A DNA stretch of 64,000 nucleotides from Candidatus Wildermuthbacteria bacterium (lineage in GTDB: Bacteria; Patescibacteriota; Minisyncoccia; Minisyncoccales; UBA10102). The notes under the pieces are model-generated. The model did not search any database. It was given only the letters and a program-made list of their open reading frames with translations, and was not told where the DNA came from. The position numbers and the translations under genes were made by a program. The stretch is from assembly GCA_016186115.1 (NCBI GenBank), contig JACPMK010000002.1:274323-338322 (forward strand). Reading direction: 5' to 3'. Below are positions 37,405 to 47,909 of this stretch, piece after piece (positions within the stretch are counted from its first letter, which is position 1; each line of letters begins with the position of its first letter).

Positions 37405-38682
37405 ATGGAAAAATTCACCTTCCTCAAAAAGAAACGGCAAGAAGTACTCCCTAAAACAGCGGGGGCGTATGCGTTGTGCGCGAATAACGCCATCTTGTAC
37501 ATTGGCAAGGCGGCAAATTTGCGCGACCGCGTGAAAAATCATTTCCATGCATCTTCATATCGGGATCATCTTTTTATCAACCAGATTACAAAGATCGGAT
37601 ATATCGAAACACAATCGGATATCGACGCTCTTTTGTTGGAATCGGAACTGATCAAAAAATATCAGCCGAAATACAATGTCATGTGGCGCGATGATAAAAG
37701 CTATTTCTACGTTGCCATTACCAAAGAATCCTTACCGCGTGTTTTTCTCGCGCATCAACCAAAAAAGCTACCAACTACTACCTACCAGCTACCAACTCAA
37801 TACATTGGGCCTTTCGTTGATGGCAAGGCATTAAAAAAAGTTCTGCGCCTTCTGCGACATGTATTCCCCTACTACCAAGGTAAAACTCATCCAAAAACTT
37901 TTTGCGGATATTGTCACCTCGGCATTTGCCCGGGCCCAAATCCGGATCAGAAAACATATAAACAAAATACCAAACGATTGACTCAAGTGCTCCAAGGCAA
38001 AAGAGTATCAGTGCTCAAAACAATCGAGAAAGAAATGAAAAAAGCGGCCAGGGAAGAACGCTTTGAAAAAGCAAAGGAATTGAGGGATCAGTTATTTGCA
38101 TTACAACGAGTTATTGCGCATGCCAGAATCTTGAATAAAGAAAAAGGCCATGAGAATTACGATTCTATCGCAAAGAATCTTCAATCCCTGCTCACAACCA
38201 GAAATCCTGTTCGGCGCATTGAAGCATATGATATTTCAAATATCCAAGGGGCATCTGCAACTGGCTCGATGGTGGTGTTTTTCAAAGGTATGCCGGCTCG
38301 GGATCAATACCGGAAATTCAAAATTCGTATTGCTGGTACTCCCAATGACTTTGCAATGATGAAAGAATTAGTGACCCGTCGCCTCAAACATGAAGAATGG
38401 GGATATCCCGATCTCATGATAATAGACGGGGGCAAACCGCAACTTTCAGCCGCTCTCTCTGCCCTACAAACTACTTACTACCAACTACCCGTTTTGCCTG
38501 TCGCGGCGCTCGCAAAACAGCACAACGAACTTTTCTTGCCCAACAAAGAAAAAGCGGCGCTGCTCCGCGATCTCGACGAAGGAACCCGCAATCTTTTGCT
38601 GCATATCCGCGATGAAGCGCATCGCTTTGCCATTTCCTATCATAGAGTATTGCGAAGAAAAGAGTTGATAAGAAAACCCTAG
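37405..38682 (+). CDS. uvrC: excinuclease ABC subunit UvrC (short form lacking C-terminal HhH domain)
   Basis: GIY-YIG domain (GAYALCANNAILYIGKAANLRDRVKNHF), UVR motif (KEMKKAAREERFEKAKELRDQLFALQ), UvrC homology and RNase H-like endonuclease regions. It ends at ~425 aa, whereas typical UvrC is ~600 aa. Confidence 0.85.
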   Translation: MEKFTFLKKKRQEVLPKTAGAYALCANNAILYIGKAANLRDRVKNHFHASSYRDHLFINQITKIGYIETQSDIDALLLESELIKKYQPKYNVMWRDDKSYFYVAITKESLPRVFLAHQPKKLPTTTYQLPTQYIGPFVDGKALKKVLRLLRHVFPYYQGKTHPKTFCGYCHLGICPGPNPDQKTYKQNTKRLTQVLQGKRVSVLKTIEKEMKKAAREERFEKAKELRDQLFALQRVIAHARILNKEKGHENYDSIAKNLQSLLTTRNPVRRIEAYDISNIQGASATGSMVVFFKGMPARDQYRKFKIRIAGTPNDFAMMKELVTRRLKHEEWGYPDLMIIDGGKPQLSAALSALQTTYYQLPVLPVAALAKQHNELFLPNKEKAALLRDLDEGTRNLLLHIRDEAHRFAISYHRVLRRKELIRKP

Positions 38683-38689
38683 TGCGGGA

Positions 38690-38718
38690 TTGACGCCAAA
38701 ACCAGAACATGATATATT
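38690..38718 (+). promoter_or_regulatory. sigma70-like promoter TTGACG-17nt-TATATT (leaderless start at 38725)
   Basis: -35 at 38690-38695 and -10 at 38713-38718, with the ATG 6 nt downstream. Confidence 0.45.
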
Positions 38719-38724
38719 ACAATA

Positions 38725-39099
38725 ATGTTTCAGAGTTTAGTCCTCAATGTCCTCGCAAGTATTGGGGGGTTATGGCTTGCGCTTTTGATCGTGCCCGGGG
38801 TGGAATTTAAGGGACCTTGGTATTTTTTGCTTATCGCGGGAGCCATCCTCGGAATCCTCTACACCTTTATTAGGCCTCTTCTCGAGCTCCTTACGCTTCC
38901 TCTCCGCATTCTTACGTTGGGATTGTCCGGGATACTCGTCAACATGCTTATTCTGTGGCTGCTCGATATCCTGTTCGACGTGTTCTTCTCTCCCGCAACG
39001 CTGGATATTCTCGGAATTATCGCGCTTTTCTGGACCACTCTCATTATCTGGCTTGCAATGACATTCATAGGGCTTCTCAAAAAATTCGCACATCTATAA
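38725..39099 (+). CDS. four-TM membrane protein of the phage-holin-4_2 (PF04020-like) family
   Basis: LWLALLIVPGVEFKGPWYFLLIAGAILGIL... matches this widespread chromosomal family; there is no other phage context. Confidence 0.6.
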   Translation: MFQSLVLNVLASIGGLWLALLIVPGVEFKGPWYFLLIAGAILGILYTFIRPLLELLTLPLRILTLGLSGILVNMLILWLLDILFDVFFSPATLDILGIIALFWTTLIIWLAMTFIGLLKKFAHL

Positions 39100-39107
39100 A
39101 TTCTTTT

Positions 39108-39329
39108 ATGAATATCTCTCTCCTTCTTTCTATTGCTCAACTTACTATTGCAATCTTCCTTATCATCTCTATACTATTGCAACAGCGCGGAACTGCCTTG
39201 GGATCTTCGTTCGGCGGCGAAGGAACATCCTATGCCCTCCGAAGAGGTATCGAGAAAAAACTCTTCATTGCGACTCTTTTTCTCGGAATCTTGTTTCTTG
39301 CCATTGCGGTTCTCCAGCTTGCGATATAA
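39108..39329 (+). CDS. secG: preprotein translocase subunit SecG
   Basis: MNISLLLSIAQLTIAIFLIISILLQQRGTALGSSFGG, a two-TM SecG signature (LLQ..G.GLSS.FGG). Internal start within the track ORF. Confidence 0.7.
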   Translation: MNISLLLSIAQLTIAIFLIISILLQQRGTALGSSFGGEGTSYALRRGIEKKLFIATLFLGILFLAIAVLQLAI

Positions 39330-39335
39330 ATTCTT

Positions 39336-41333
39336 GTGAATACCGATCAAAAGCAAAAATCCTTTCGGCTTCCTTCGATTTCCCAGTGGAAACATTTTTT
39401 CTCCATTCTTTCGAAAAAAGAAAAGGTGTTGCTTTTGATACTCGCCTTGGCATGGATTGGATCTTCGGTTTTCCTTGTCCGGCAATTTTATCTTCAGCAA
39501 ACCCAAATCGCGCCAGCAAAGGGAGGGGAAATCGTGGAAGGCATGGTCGGATTCCCCCGTTCTCCCAATCAGATCGTGGCCGATGACAGTGATGTAGACA
39601 GAGATCTTCTCCAACTTCTCTATGCGGGTTTGCTTTCCTACGACGAAGAAAGTATTCTTGCTCCAGATTTGCTTGAAAGTTATCAAGTGCAGGGAGAAAA
39701 TAAACTGATTGAACTTGTACTCAAAGATAATCTCCGATGGAGCGATGGCAAACCAATTACTGCAGATGACGTCATCTTTACTATCGAAGCGATTCAAGAT
39801 CCCCAAAATAAAAGTCCTCTTCGGAGAAACTGGCTGGGCGTTACCGTAAAAAAAATTTCTGATCTTCGCATTCAACTGGAATTGAAAGAAAGCTATATTC
39901 CTTTTTTGGAGCGTCTCACCTTAAAACCGATCCCTAAACATATTTGGGAAGGGAGCACGCCCGAAAGCTTCTATCGACCCAGCAATGCGAATTTAAAACC
40001 CGTGGGGAGCGGGCCGTATGTGGTCACCAAAATCACACAGGAAAAAGAAAACGGGGCAATCCGCGAATTACAGCTTGAACCAAATCCTTATTACCATAGC
40101 AATGCTCCTTTTATCCCTGTAGTGAAGGCAAAATTCTATGCAAGTCAGGACGAGCTTACAAAAGCAGCAGAACAAGGACAGATTACAAGCTTTGCAATGG
40201 ATCCTTTTGAAAAGAATGCGCAAGCGAACTCCTCCCGGTTTGCCAGCCATATCTACTCTTTGCCGCGCTACTTTGCAATATTCTTCAACTTGGATGCGCC
40301 TGCCGGGCAGGATGTCATAAAAAATAAAACAATTCGAAAAGCGCTTGCGCTCGCTCTCGATCGAAATAAAATTGCAGCAGACATCTTCGGATCGAACGGA
40401 AAAATCGTCGTATCGCCCCTTTTATCCGATCTCTTCCAGCTAACCCAGCCAGAAAATAATCCTGAACCCGACTTCGAGAAAGCACTGGAACTGCTGGGTA
40501 ATTCTGGCTATGGAAAAAAAGATGGGAAAATTGTACAATTAAACTCTCCCAAGCTTTTTCAAGGAGATCTCAAAGAGGGATCGAAAGGAACAGCAGTAGA
40601 AATGCTTCAGGAATGCCTTGCAAAGGACAAAGAGATTTATCCCGATGGTACCGTGTCAGGATCATTTGGCGCGCTCACAAAAGAGGCGGTCATGCGCTTT
40701 CAGCAAAAATACGCCAATGATATTCTCAAGCCATCCGGACTTTCCAAGGGAAACGGAGTAGTAGGGCCTGCCACAAGAGCAAAGCTGAATGAAATTTGTT
40801 TCGGAAATAATGCCTATCCCGTCCTCCAGATCTTGCTCACGATACCCGATAACCCCACCTTCCAAGCGGTAGCCCAGAATATCAAAAATCAATGGGAAAC
40901 ATTTGGCATTACAGTAGAAATTCAATCGTATTCACTCAAAGATATCACCACAACTGTTATTCCCAAAAGGGCATACCAAACACTTCTTTTCGGCGAGATA
41001 TTGAATATTCTTCCGGATCCCCTGCCTTTTTGGCATTCTTCCCAAAAAGATTACCCGGGGTTTAATCTTTCTGCATATCAAAATAAAGAAGCAGATGCCC
41101 TGCTTGAACAAGCCAGAAAAGAAAGTGATCCGTCAAAAAGGAAAGAGAAATTCGTAAAGCTTCAAACCATGCTTCTCGAAGATCTCCCTGCGATTACTCT
41201 GTATGACACGAATTATATCTATGCTACCCCCAAAGAGCTGCAAGGAATCAAAGAAAGCATCATCGCAGAACCATCGCAACGTTTTACTGGAATTGCAAAT
41301 TGGTACATGCGCACTGCAAGACAGTGGAAGTAA
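39336..41333 (+). CDS. membrane-anchored ABC-type solute-binding protein (family 5, peptide/nickel type) with inserted peptidoglycan-binding domain; orphan
   Basis: N-terminal TM anchor and SBP5 architecture. The inserted segment LKEGSKGTAVEMLQECLAKDKEIYPDGTVSGSFGALTKEAVMRFQQKYANDIL resembles a PG_binding_1 domain. No permease or ATPase genes are adjacent. Confidence 0.8.
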   Translation: MNTDQKQKSFRLPSISQWKHFFSILSKKEKVLLLILALAWIGSSVFLVRQFYLQQTQIAPAKGGEIVEGMVGFPRSPNQIVADDSDVDRDLLQLLYAGLLSYDEESILAPDLLESYQVQGENKLIELVLKDNLRWSDGKPITADDVIFTIEAIQDPQNKSPLRRNWLGVTVKKISDLRIQLELKESYIPFLERLTLKPIPKHIWEGSTPESFYRPSNANLKPVGSGPYVVTKITQEKENGAIRELQLEPNPYYHSNAPFIPVVKAKFYASQDELTKAAEQGQITSFAMDPFEKNAQANSSRFASHIYSLPRYFAIFFNLDAPAGQDVIKNKTIRKALALALDRNKIAADIFGSNGKIVVSPLLSDLFQLTQPENNPEPDFEKALELLGNSGYGKKDGKIVQLNSPKLFQGDLKEGSKGTAVEMLQECLAKDKEIYPDGTVSGSFGALTKEAVMRFQQKYANDILKPSGLSKGNGVVGPATRAKLNEICFGNNAYPVLQILLTIPDNPTFQAVAQNIKNQWETFGITVEIQSYSLKDITTTVIPKRAYQTLLFGEILNILPDPLPFWHSSQKDYPGFNLSAYQNKEADALLEQARKESDPSKRKEKFVKLQTMLLEDLPAITLYDTNYIYATPKELQGIKESIIAEPSQRFTGIANWYMRTARQWK

Positions 41334-41338
41334 TCAGG

Positions 41339-41420
41339 GGGCGTGTGGCGGAACTGGCATACGCATACGCTTCAGGAGCGTATTCCGCAAGGATTGAGGG
41401 TTCGAATCCCTCCACGCCCA
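41339..41420 (+). tRNA. tRNA-Leu (anticodon CAG), class II
   Basis: GGGCGTG acceptor, anticodon stem-loop TACGC-TTCAGGA-GCGTA, variable arm TCCGCAAGGA, T-arm GAGGG-TTCGAAT-CCCTC, 3' CACGCCC + A; CCA not encoded. Confidence 0.8.
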
Positions 41421-41445
41421 CTAGAATAACTAATCTCATAATTTA

Positions 41446-43128
41446 ATGGTCTCACAAACAACTGAAGAATCGCTACGCATTATCCCTCTCGGAGGGCTAG
41501 GTGAAGTTGGTCGCAATATGATGATTATTGAATGGCAGGGAAAAATTCTCATCATCGATATGGGATTTCGTATGCCGGAAGAAGACATGCCCGGCATTGA
41601 TTACATCATTCCGAACATCTCTTGTCTCAAGGGAAAATCAAGAGATATTTTGGGAATTCTCATTACCCACGGCCATTACGACCACATTGGCGCAATCCCC
41701 TACTATCTGGGAAGAATAGGCAACCCTCCGTTTTTTTCCGGCCAGATTGGGAAGGCCATCATTTTGAAACGGCAGGAAGAATTTCAGCATCAGCCAAAAA
41801 TGCGCATTAATCTTATCGAAGATGGGAAAAAATTCCGCTTAGGTCCATTTGAGATCGAGCCCTTCCGACAAAATCACAATATCGCCGACAATTTCGGATT
41901 TGTTATTGGAACTCCCATCGGCAATATCGTGCATACATCTGACTTTAAATTCGATGACAATCCAATCTACGACAAGCCGACTGATTACGAACATTTGGCC
42001 GCAATCGGCAAAAAAAAGGTGCTGCTCTTGATGTCCGATTCCACCAATGCAGAAGAGCCGAACCACTCCCTTTCCGAAAAAACAATCATGGAAAATCTTG
42101 ATGAGATTTTCAAGAACGCACAAGGGCGCATTCTGACCGCAACCTTCTCGTCTTTACTGAACCGAATACAACAAATTATTGCTCTGTCAGAAAAATACGG
42201 CAGAAGAGTAGTGCTGGAGGGATATTCCATGAGAACAAATGTTGAGATTGCTCGCCGCTTGGGATATCTCAAGATGAAACGAGGAACTCTTATCAAAGCG
42301 CAGGATGCTTCGAAATACGCGGATGACAAACTTACCATCATGGGCACGGGAGCACAGGGCGAAGAAAGAGCGGTGCTCATGCGCATTGCAACCGGAGAAC
42401 ATCGCTTCTTTAAAATCCAAAAGGGTGATACGATTATTTTTTCCTCTTCGGTCATCCCGGGAAACGAACGAACGGTGCAATATGTCAAAGATCAGCTCTA
42501 CCGCCAAGGCGCACTGGTGTATCATTACAAAATGCTTGATATTCATGCTTCGGGCCATGCCAATCAGGAAGAGTTAAAGCAGATTATCGAACTGATGCAG
42601 CCAAAATTCTTCCTGCCGGTGCATGGACAATTTTCTATGCTCGTGAACCACGCCCGTCTTGCCCAAGGGATGGGGATTTCCGAAAATCGCATGGTGGTTG
42701 CGGAAAACGGGAATATCATCAAGATCACGAAAGACACGATTGGGATCGAGAAAGCAAAAGTCCCCGCCAATTACGTTATGGTGGATGGATTGGGTATAGG
42801 AGATGTGGGAGAAGTGGTGCTGCGGGATCGCCAGAATCTTGCCCGCGACGGCATGTTCGTTATTATCGCGGTAGTTGATCGGCAAACAGGCAAAGTGCGC
42901 GGCTCCCCTGATATTATTTCACGAGGATTCATTTATCTGCGCGAGTCACAGGATCTCTTGCGCGAAGTGAGACGGCGGGTTATTACAATTGTCGAGCGAA
43001 GCGCGGGATCTGGAGGAGCGGTAAACTGGGTATACGTACGCGATAATGTACGGAACAAAATCGGCGATTTTCTTTTCGAAAAAATTCAACGTCGGCCAAT
43101 GGTCCTGCCAGTAATTATTGAAGTATAG
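41446..43128 (+). CDS. rnj: ribonuclease J (metallo-beta-lactamase / beta-CASP)
   Basis: LITHGHYDHIGAIPY (HxHxDH), beta-CASP motifs and a C-terminal domain. Confidence 0.9.
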   Translation: MVSQTTEESLRIIPLGGLGEVGRNMMIIEWQGKILIIDMGFRMPEEDMPGIDYIIPNISCLKGKSRDILGILITHGHYDHIGAIPYYLGRIGNPPFFSGQIGKAIILKRQEEFQHQPKMRINLIEDGKKFRLGPFEIEPFRQNHNIADNFGFVIGTPIGNIVHTSDFKFDDNPIYDKPTDYEHLAAIGKKKVLLLMSDSTNAEEPNHSLSEKTIMENLDEIFKNAQGRILTATFSSLLNRIQQIIALSEKYGRRVVLEGYSMRTNVEIARRLGYLKMKRGTLIKAQDASKYADDKLTIMGTGAQGEERAVLMRIATGEHRFFKIQKGDTIIFSSSVIPGNERTVQYVKDQLYRQGALVYHYKMLDIHASGHANQEELKQIIELMQPKFFLPVHGQFSMLVNHARLAQGMGISENRMVVAENGNIIKITKDTIGIEKAKVPANYVMVDGLGIGDVGEVVLRDRQNLARDGMFVIIAVVDRQTGKVRGSPDIISRGFIYLRESQDLLREVRRRVITIVERSAGSGGAVNWVYVRDNVRNKIGDFLFEKIQRRPMVLPVIIEV

Positions 43129-44119
43129 CATCATGAAAATCTTTAGCGGTATCCAGCCAACAGGAAAAATGCATATCGGGAATTATCTGGGAGCAATCAA
43201 GCAATGGGTTGAGTTTCAGCAAACCGATGATTGTATGTTCTGTGTGGTCGATTTGCACGCGCTTACTATCCCTCAAAACCCAAATGCTCTTAGAAAAGCT
43301 GTCGCTGAAAAAGTCATTGAACTCCTTTCGGTGGGAGTTGATCCGGCAAAAAGCATTCTCTTTGTGCAGTCGCATGTCAAAGAGCATACCGAACTCGCGT
43401 GGATGTTGAGCACCCTTACCTCAATGGGAGAACTGGAGCGCATGACGCAATACAAAGAAAAAGCGAGAAAGAACAAGGCAAATCAGAACGCAGGACTTCT
43501 TACCTATCCCGTGCTTATGGCGGCTGACATTCTTCTGTACCAGACCGAAGGGGTCCCCGTGGGAAAAGATCAGGGACAGCATCTGGAAATCACCCGGGAT
43601 ATAGCAAAACGATTCAACGCAAGATTCGGCAAGACATTTGTCGAACCAAAAACGCTTTTCCCGAAAGCAGGGGCAAAGGTACTCTCGCTCAAGGACCCCA
43701 AAAAGAAGATGTCGAAGTCCGATGATCCCGAAAGCTATATCGCGCTATTTGACGAACCCGAGGCGATCAGAAAGAAAATTATGTCTGCCGTCACCGATAC
43801 CGGAAAAGAAATCCGGTATAATCCGGAAAGGAAACCCGGCATTTCAAATCTTCTCCTCATATATTCGTTGATGAACGGCAAATCCATTGCCGAACTCGAG
43901 CGGCAATTCAAAACGAAAGGATATGCCGCACTCAAGAAGTCGCTCGCAGAAATTCTTATTGAAACCCTGGAGCCATTCCGCAGAAAACAAAAAGAGCTCC
44001 AATCGCGCGAGCTCTACATCCAAGAAATCCTCAAACAGGGAGCGAAGAAGGCCTCATCGCTTGCCGAGATCACCATGAAAGAAGTGCGGAAGAGAATGGG
44101 ACTGCTCGGAAACGAATAG
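43118..44119 (+). CDS. trpS: tryptophanyl-tRNA synthetase
   Basis: SGIQPTGKMHIGNYLG (HIGH) and KMSKS motifs; the alternative start MKIFSG at 43136 is also possible. Confidence 0.9.
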   Translation: MKYSIMKIFSGIQPTGKMHIGNYLGAIKQWVEFQQTDDCMFCVVDLHALTIPQNPNALRKAVAEKVIELLSVGVDPAKSILFVQSHVKEHTELAWMLSTLTSMGELERMTQYKEKARKNKANQNAGLLTYPVLMAADILLYQTEGVPVGKDQGQHLEITRDIAKRFNARFGKTFVEPKTLFPKAGAKVLSLKDPKKKMSKSDDPESYIALFDEPEAIRKKIMSAVTDTGKEIRYNPERKPGISNLLLIYSLMNGKSIAELERQFKTKGYAALKKSLAEILIETLEPFRRKQKELQSRELYIQEILKQGAKKASSLAEITMKEVRKRMGLLGNE

Positions 44120-44222
44120 TATCCTGTATCTAGTATTTGGTATGCAGAATTATACAAATGAAAATTTACATCAATTTCATCCCATCGTATAAAATTGATG
44201 CACAATGACAGAGAATAAAAAA

Positions 44223-45623
44223 TCAGCTTTCTTCTCCTTCGATAATCTTTGCGAGTTCTTTTTTCTTTTCCTCGAGTAGCTCTTGAGAATTTGCTTCGAT
44301 CACAAGACGGAGCAAGGGTTCGGTATTGGAAGATCGAACCAAAAACCACCAGTCAGGAAAATCAACCCGCAACCCATCAAGTTCCGATATCTGGCCCGTG
44401 CGGAAATACGCTCTTACTGCCGCTATTTTCTGCTCTTTCGCCTGTACGGAAAAATTAATTTCGCCAGAATGGGCATACACTTGAAACGGCTGAATGAAAT
44501 GAGAAAATGGCACACGACGTTCCCTTAATGCCTTAAGAATACGCAGGAATACAACGAAAGGAACTTCAAAAAACAATCCGTCTCCCCAATAGTAATGTCC
44601 AGAAAGCTCTCCGCCAAACAAGATATCTTCCTTGCGCATTGTTGCCTTAATAAGGGAGTGGCCGATGCGTGAAGCGACAGGAACCCCCCCAAATTGCTGG
44701 ACTTTCTCTGCTACAATGTTGCTCGAACGAACATCATACAATATTTTTTGTTGCTGCATCCGGAACTTTTCCTGTTGCAGGATAATTTGCGCCATCAAGG
44801 CAGTAATCAAATCGCCTCGGATTGGCTCCCCTTGTTCATCAATGAATACAATGCGATCGGCGTCGCCATCAAGCGCCACGCCCAAATCGGGCTTTTTTTC
44901 TTTTATCAATAAAATAAGATCTTCGATATTTTTCCGTATGAGAGGATCAGGCACATGATGAGGAAATCGTCCATCCGGATCCATATGCAACGGATATACC
45001 GTAGCACCAATGGCCTGCAAAATTTTTGTCAACATTGGCCCTCCTACCCCATTGCCGGCGTCCACGGCAACTGAAAAATTTTTGAATTCGTCTTTTTGCA
45101 CATCGGCAAGAACAAGGTTAAATGCAAGGTACTCTTCCTCAATACTCTTTTTGACGATCTTGCGTCTATCAAGCTCCGTATCTTTTGCTGCCGTTGGCAT
45201 ACTCTGCACATAATCTCGAATCCAGAAAATTCCCGTGTCCCCGCCCAATGGAATTGCTTTCTCTCTCGTCAGCTTAATTCCATTGTGGGGGTTTGGATTA
45301 TGAGAAGCAGTAATCATTGCTCCCCCATCGTAGCCAAAATGAGAAACCGCAAAATAAAGCATGGGCGTTGTAATGAGTCCCGCGTCAATAATTGTGCATC
45401 CTTCAGAGATAGCTCCTCTTGCAAATTGTTCAAATAAAATTGGGGAGGAAAGCCGCATATCCCGGCCCACCACAATCGATAGCTCCTCTTGCTGAATACG
45501 CGCTTCCTTTTTTAAAAAGGTTACAAACCCCTTGCCAACGGCAAACGCAACTTCTTCATTAAGTTCATCCGGGTATGTGCCGCGGATATCGTAGGCACGA
45601 AAAATATCGGGATTAATTTTCAT
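44223..45623 (-). CDS. alpha-D-phosphohexomutase (phosphomannomutase/phosphoglucomutase family)
   Basis: Active-site TASHNPNPHNG, a metal-binding DGDADR motif and the sugar-binding GEMSGH-like region (GELSGHYYW). Confidence 0.85.
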   Translation of the reverse strand: MKINPDIFRAYDIRGTYPDELNEEVAFAVGKGFVTFLKKEARIQQEELSIVVGRDMRLSSPILFEQFARGAISEGCTIIDAGLITTPMLYFAVSHFGYDGGAMITASHNPNPHNGIKLTREKAIPLGGDTGIFWIRDYVQSMPTAAKDTELDRRKIVKKSIEEEYLAFNLVLADVQKDEFKNFSVAVDAGNGVGGPMLTKILQAIGATVYPLHMDPDGRFPHHVPDPLIRKNIEDLILLIKEKKPDLGVALDGDADRIVFIDEQGEPIRGDLITALMAQIILQQEKFRMQQQKILYDVRSSNIVAEKVQQFGGVPVASRIGHSLIKATMRKEDILFGGELSGHYYWGDGLFFEVPFVVFLRILKALRERRVPFSHFIQPFQVYAHSGEINFSVQAKEQKIAAVRAYFRTGQISELDGLRVDFPDWWFLVRSSNTEPLLRLVIEANSQELLEEKKKELAKIIEGEES

Positions 45624-45694
45624 ATCTTCCTCATATTACCATAGCATTGACGAAAACCAAATATCTATGCTATAGTAGTATTACCATTTTCATG

Positions 45695-46117
45695 AAAAAC
45701 TACGAATATACAATCATCCTCTCCCCGAACCTTAGCGACGAAGAAGTGGCAAATAAGGTAAGCCAGCTTGTTTCGTTTTTGCAAGAGAAAGGAGGAATTC
45801 TGGAAAAGCAATCGCTTGTAGGCAGAAAGTCCTTGGCATATTCTATCAAAAAGGAAAACGAGGGGCATATTGCCGTAATCAGCTTTCTCGGAAGCGCTGA
45901 AACCCATGCCATGCTCGCCAATAAGATAAAGACGGAACAAGGCATTATGCGATTTCTTGCATTGACGAGGACCCCTCAAAAAGTATCCCGAAAGCAGCCG
46001 TCTTTCGCTTCGGCAAGGTCTCATCAAGCGCCTCTTGAAGAAACAAAGGGACAAGAAAAAATAACCGCACAGGACATTGACAAACAACTTGAAGAAATTC
46101 TAGGCAAAGGAGAATAA
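45695..46117 (+). CDS. rpsF: 30S ribosomal protein S6
   Basis: MKNYEYTIILSPNLSDEEV...; the extended C-terminal tail is common in some lineages. Confidence 0.85.
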   Translation, partial: KNYEYTIILSPNLSDEEVANKVSQLVSFLQEKGGILEKQSLVGRKSLAYSIKKENEGHIAVISFLGSAETHAMLANKIKTEQGIMRFLALTRTPQKVSRKQPSFASARSHQAPLEETKGQEKITAQDIDKQLEEILGKGE

Positions 46118-46588
<471 letters not shown>

Positions 46589-46634
46589 TAAATTCGAATT
46601 TCGATATTCGAATTTCTTTTACGAAGTAAAAGCT

Positions 46635-46832
46635 ATGGACTGTTTCTTGTGCAAAAAAAATTTCAGAGAAATTGATTTTCGCGAAACGCCCTTTCTGAAA
46701 CGCTATATTTCGAGCTTGGGAAAAATCCGCCCGAAAGAAAGAACAGGATTGTGCTCGTATCACCAGCGCCACATGGCCAAGGCAATCAAAAGGGCCCGTC
46801 ACCTCGGCCTGCTTTCCGCTACCTCGAAATAA
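46635..46832 (+). CDS. rpsR: 30S ribosomal protein S18
   Basis: FLKRYISSLGKIRPKERTGLCSYHQRHMAKAIKRARHLGLL; rpsF-ssb-rpsR synteny. Confidence 0.85.
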   Translation: MDCFLCKKNFREIDFRETPFLKRYISSLGKIRPKERTGLCSYHQRHMAKAIKRARHLGLLSATSK

Positions 46833-46866
46833 CAAAAATCCCGCTTTCCGCGGGATTTTTGTTTGC
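46833..46866. terminator. bidirectional rho-independent terminator between rpsR(+) and recA(-)
   Basis: aaaaatcccgctttccgcgggatttttg: 7-bp stem atcccgc/gcgggat flanked by A5 and T5. Confidence 0.55.
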
Positions 46867-46877
46867 ACCATTTCATT

Positions 46878-47879
46878 TCACTCTTTGACGCCTTGAAATG
46901 TCTTTTCGCGAATACGTTTTACCACTTCCGGGTTTTCTTTGAGAAAACTTCTTGCCTGCTCGGTACCCTGGCCAAGCTTGGTATCTTCGAACTGAAGCCA
47001 ACTTCCTGCTTTTTCCACGATCCCATTTTTCATGCCAATATTCAACACGTCAGCCAAATACGAGATACCCTCATTATAATAAATGTCAAATTCTGCGGTT
47101 CTAAAAGGCGCTGCCACTTTATTTTTTACGATCTTTGCTCTCACTCTCGACCCTACAATTTCCTCTCCTTGCTTGATTTGGGCAATTCTCCGAAGTTCGA
47201 TCCTTACTGATGCGTAAAATTTCAAGGCAAGGCCTCCGGGCGTGGTCTCGGGATTGCCAAACATAACGCCAATTTTCATTCGAATCTGGTTGAGAAAAAT
47301 AACAGAGGTTTTTGTTTTGGCAACAATCGAAGAAAGTTTTCGCAAGGCAGAAGACATCAACCGCGCCTGAAGCCCGATCTGAAATTCTCCCATTTCCCCC
47401 GCAATTTCATTTTTCGGAGTTAATGCCGCCACCGAATCCACCACAATCACATCCACTTCTCCCGAGCGCACCAAGGTCTCAAGAATTTGCAATGCCTGTT
47501 CCCCAGAATCGGGCTGTGAAATCAATAAATCATCTACATTTACGCCGATGCGCTTGGCATATTCCGGATCAAGCGCATGCTCGGCGTCGATAAATGCTCC
47601 AACTCCTCCTTGTTTCTGGGCTTGAGAAAGAATGTGGAGGGCAAGAGTTGTTTTGCCGCTTGACTCGGGGCCATAAATCTCAATTACTCTTCCTCTTGGC
47701 ACTCCCCCAACTCCAAGCGCAAGATCAATTGATAAGGAACCGGTGGGGATTACTGCGACATCTACAGGACTCGCCTCGCTTAGCTTCATAATTGCGCCCT
47801 CGCCGAAACGCTGCTTTATTTCGGTAATTGCTTCCTGCAGATTACCGGCCTCTTTTTTTACGATTTGTTTCTTTGCCAT
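46878..47879 (-). CDS. recA: recombinase RecA
   Basis: GPESSGKTT (Walker A) and the L1/L2 loop regions. Confidence 0.95.
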   Translation of the reverse strand: MAKKQIVKKEAGNLQEAITEIKQRFGEGAIMKLSEASPVDVAVIPTGSLSIDLALGVGGVPRGRVIEIYGPESSGKTTLALHILSQAQKQGGVGAFIDAEHALDPEYAKRIGVNVDDLLISQPDSGEQALQILETLVRSGEVDVIVVDSVAALTPKNEIAGEMGEFQIGLQARLMSSALRKLSSIVAKTKTSVIFLNQIRMKIGVMFGNPETTPGGLALKFYASVRIELRRIAQIKQGEEIVGSRVRAKIVKNKVAAPFRTAEFDIYYNEGISYLADVLNIGMKNGIVEKAGSWLQFEDTKLGQGTEQARSFLKENPEVVKRIREKTFQGVKE

Positions 47880-47909
47880 ACAACTTAATTATAACACACT
47901 TCTCGTATT

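Noticed and set aside
38725-39099. Prophage inferred from a phage-holin-family annotation
   Set aside because: PF04020-type four-TM proteins are common chromosomal genes. No integrase, capsid, terminase or att-like repeats are nearby; it is flanked by uvrC and secG.
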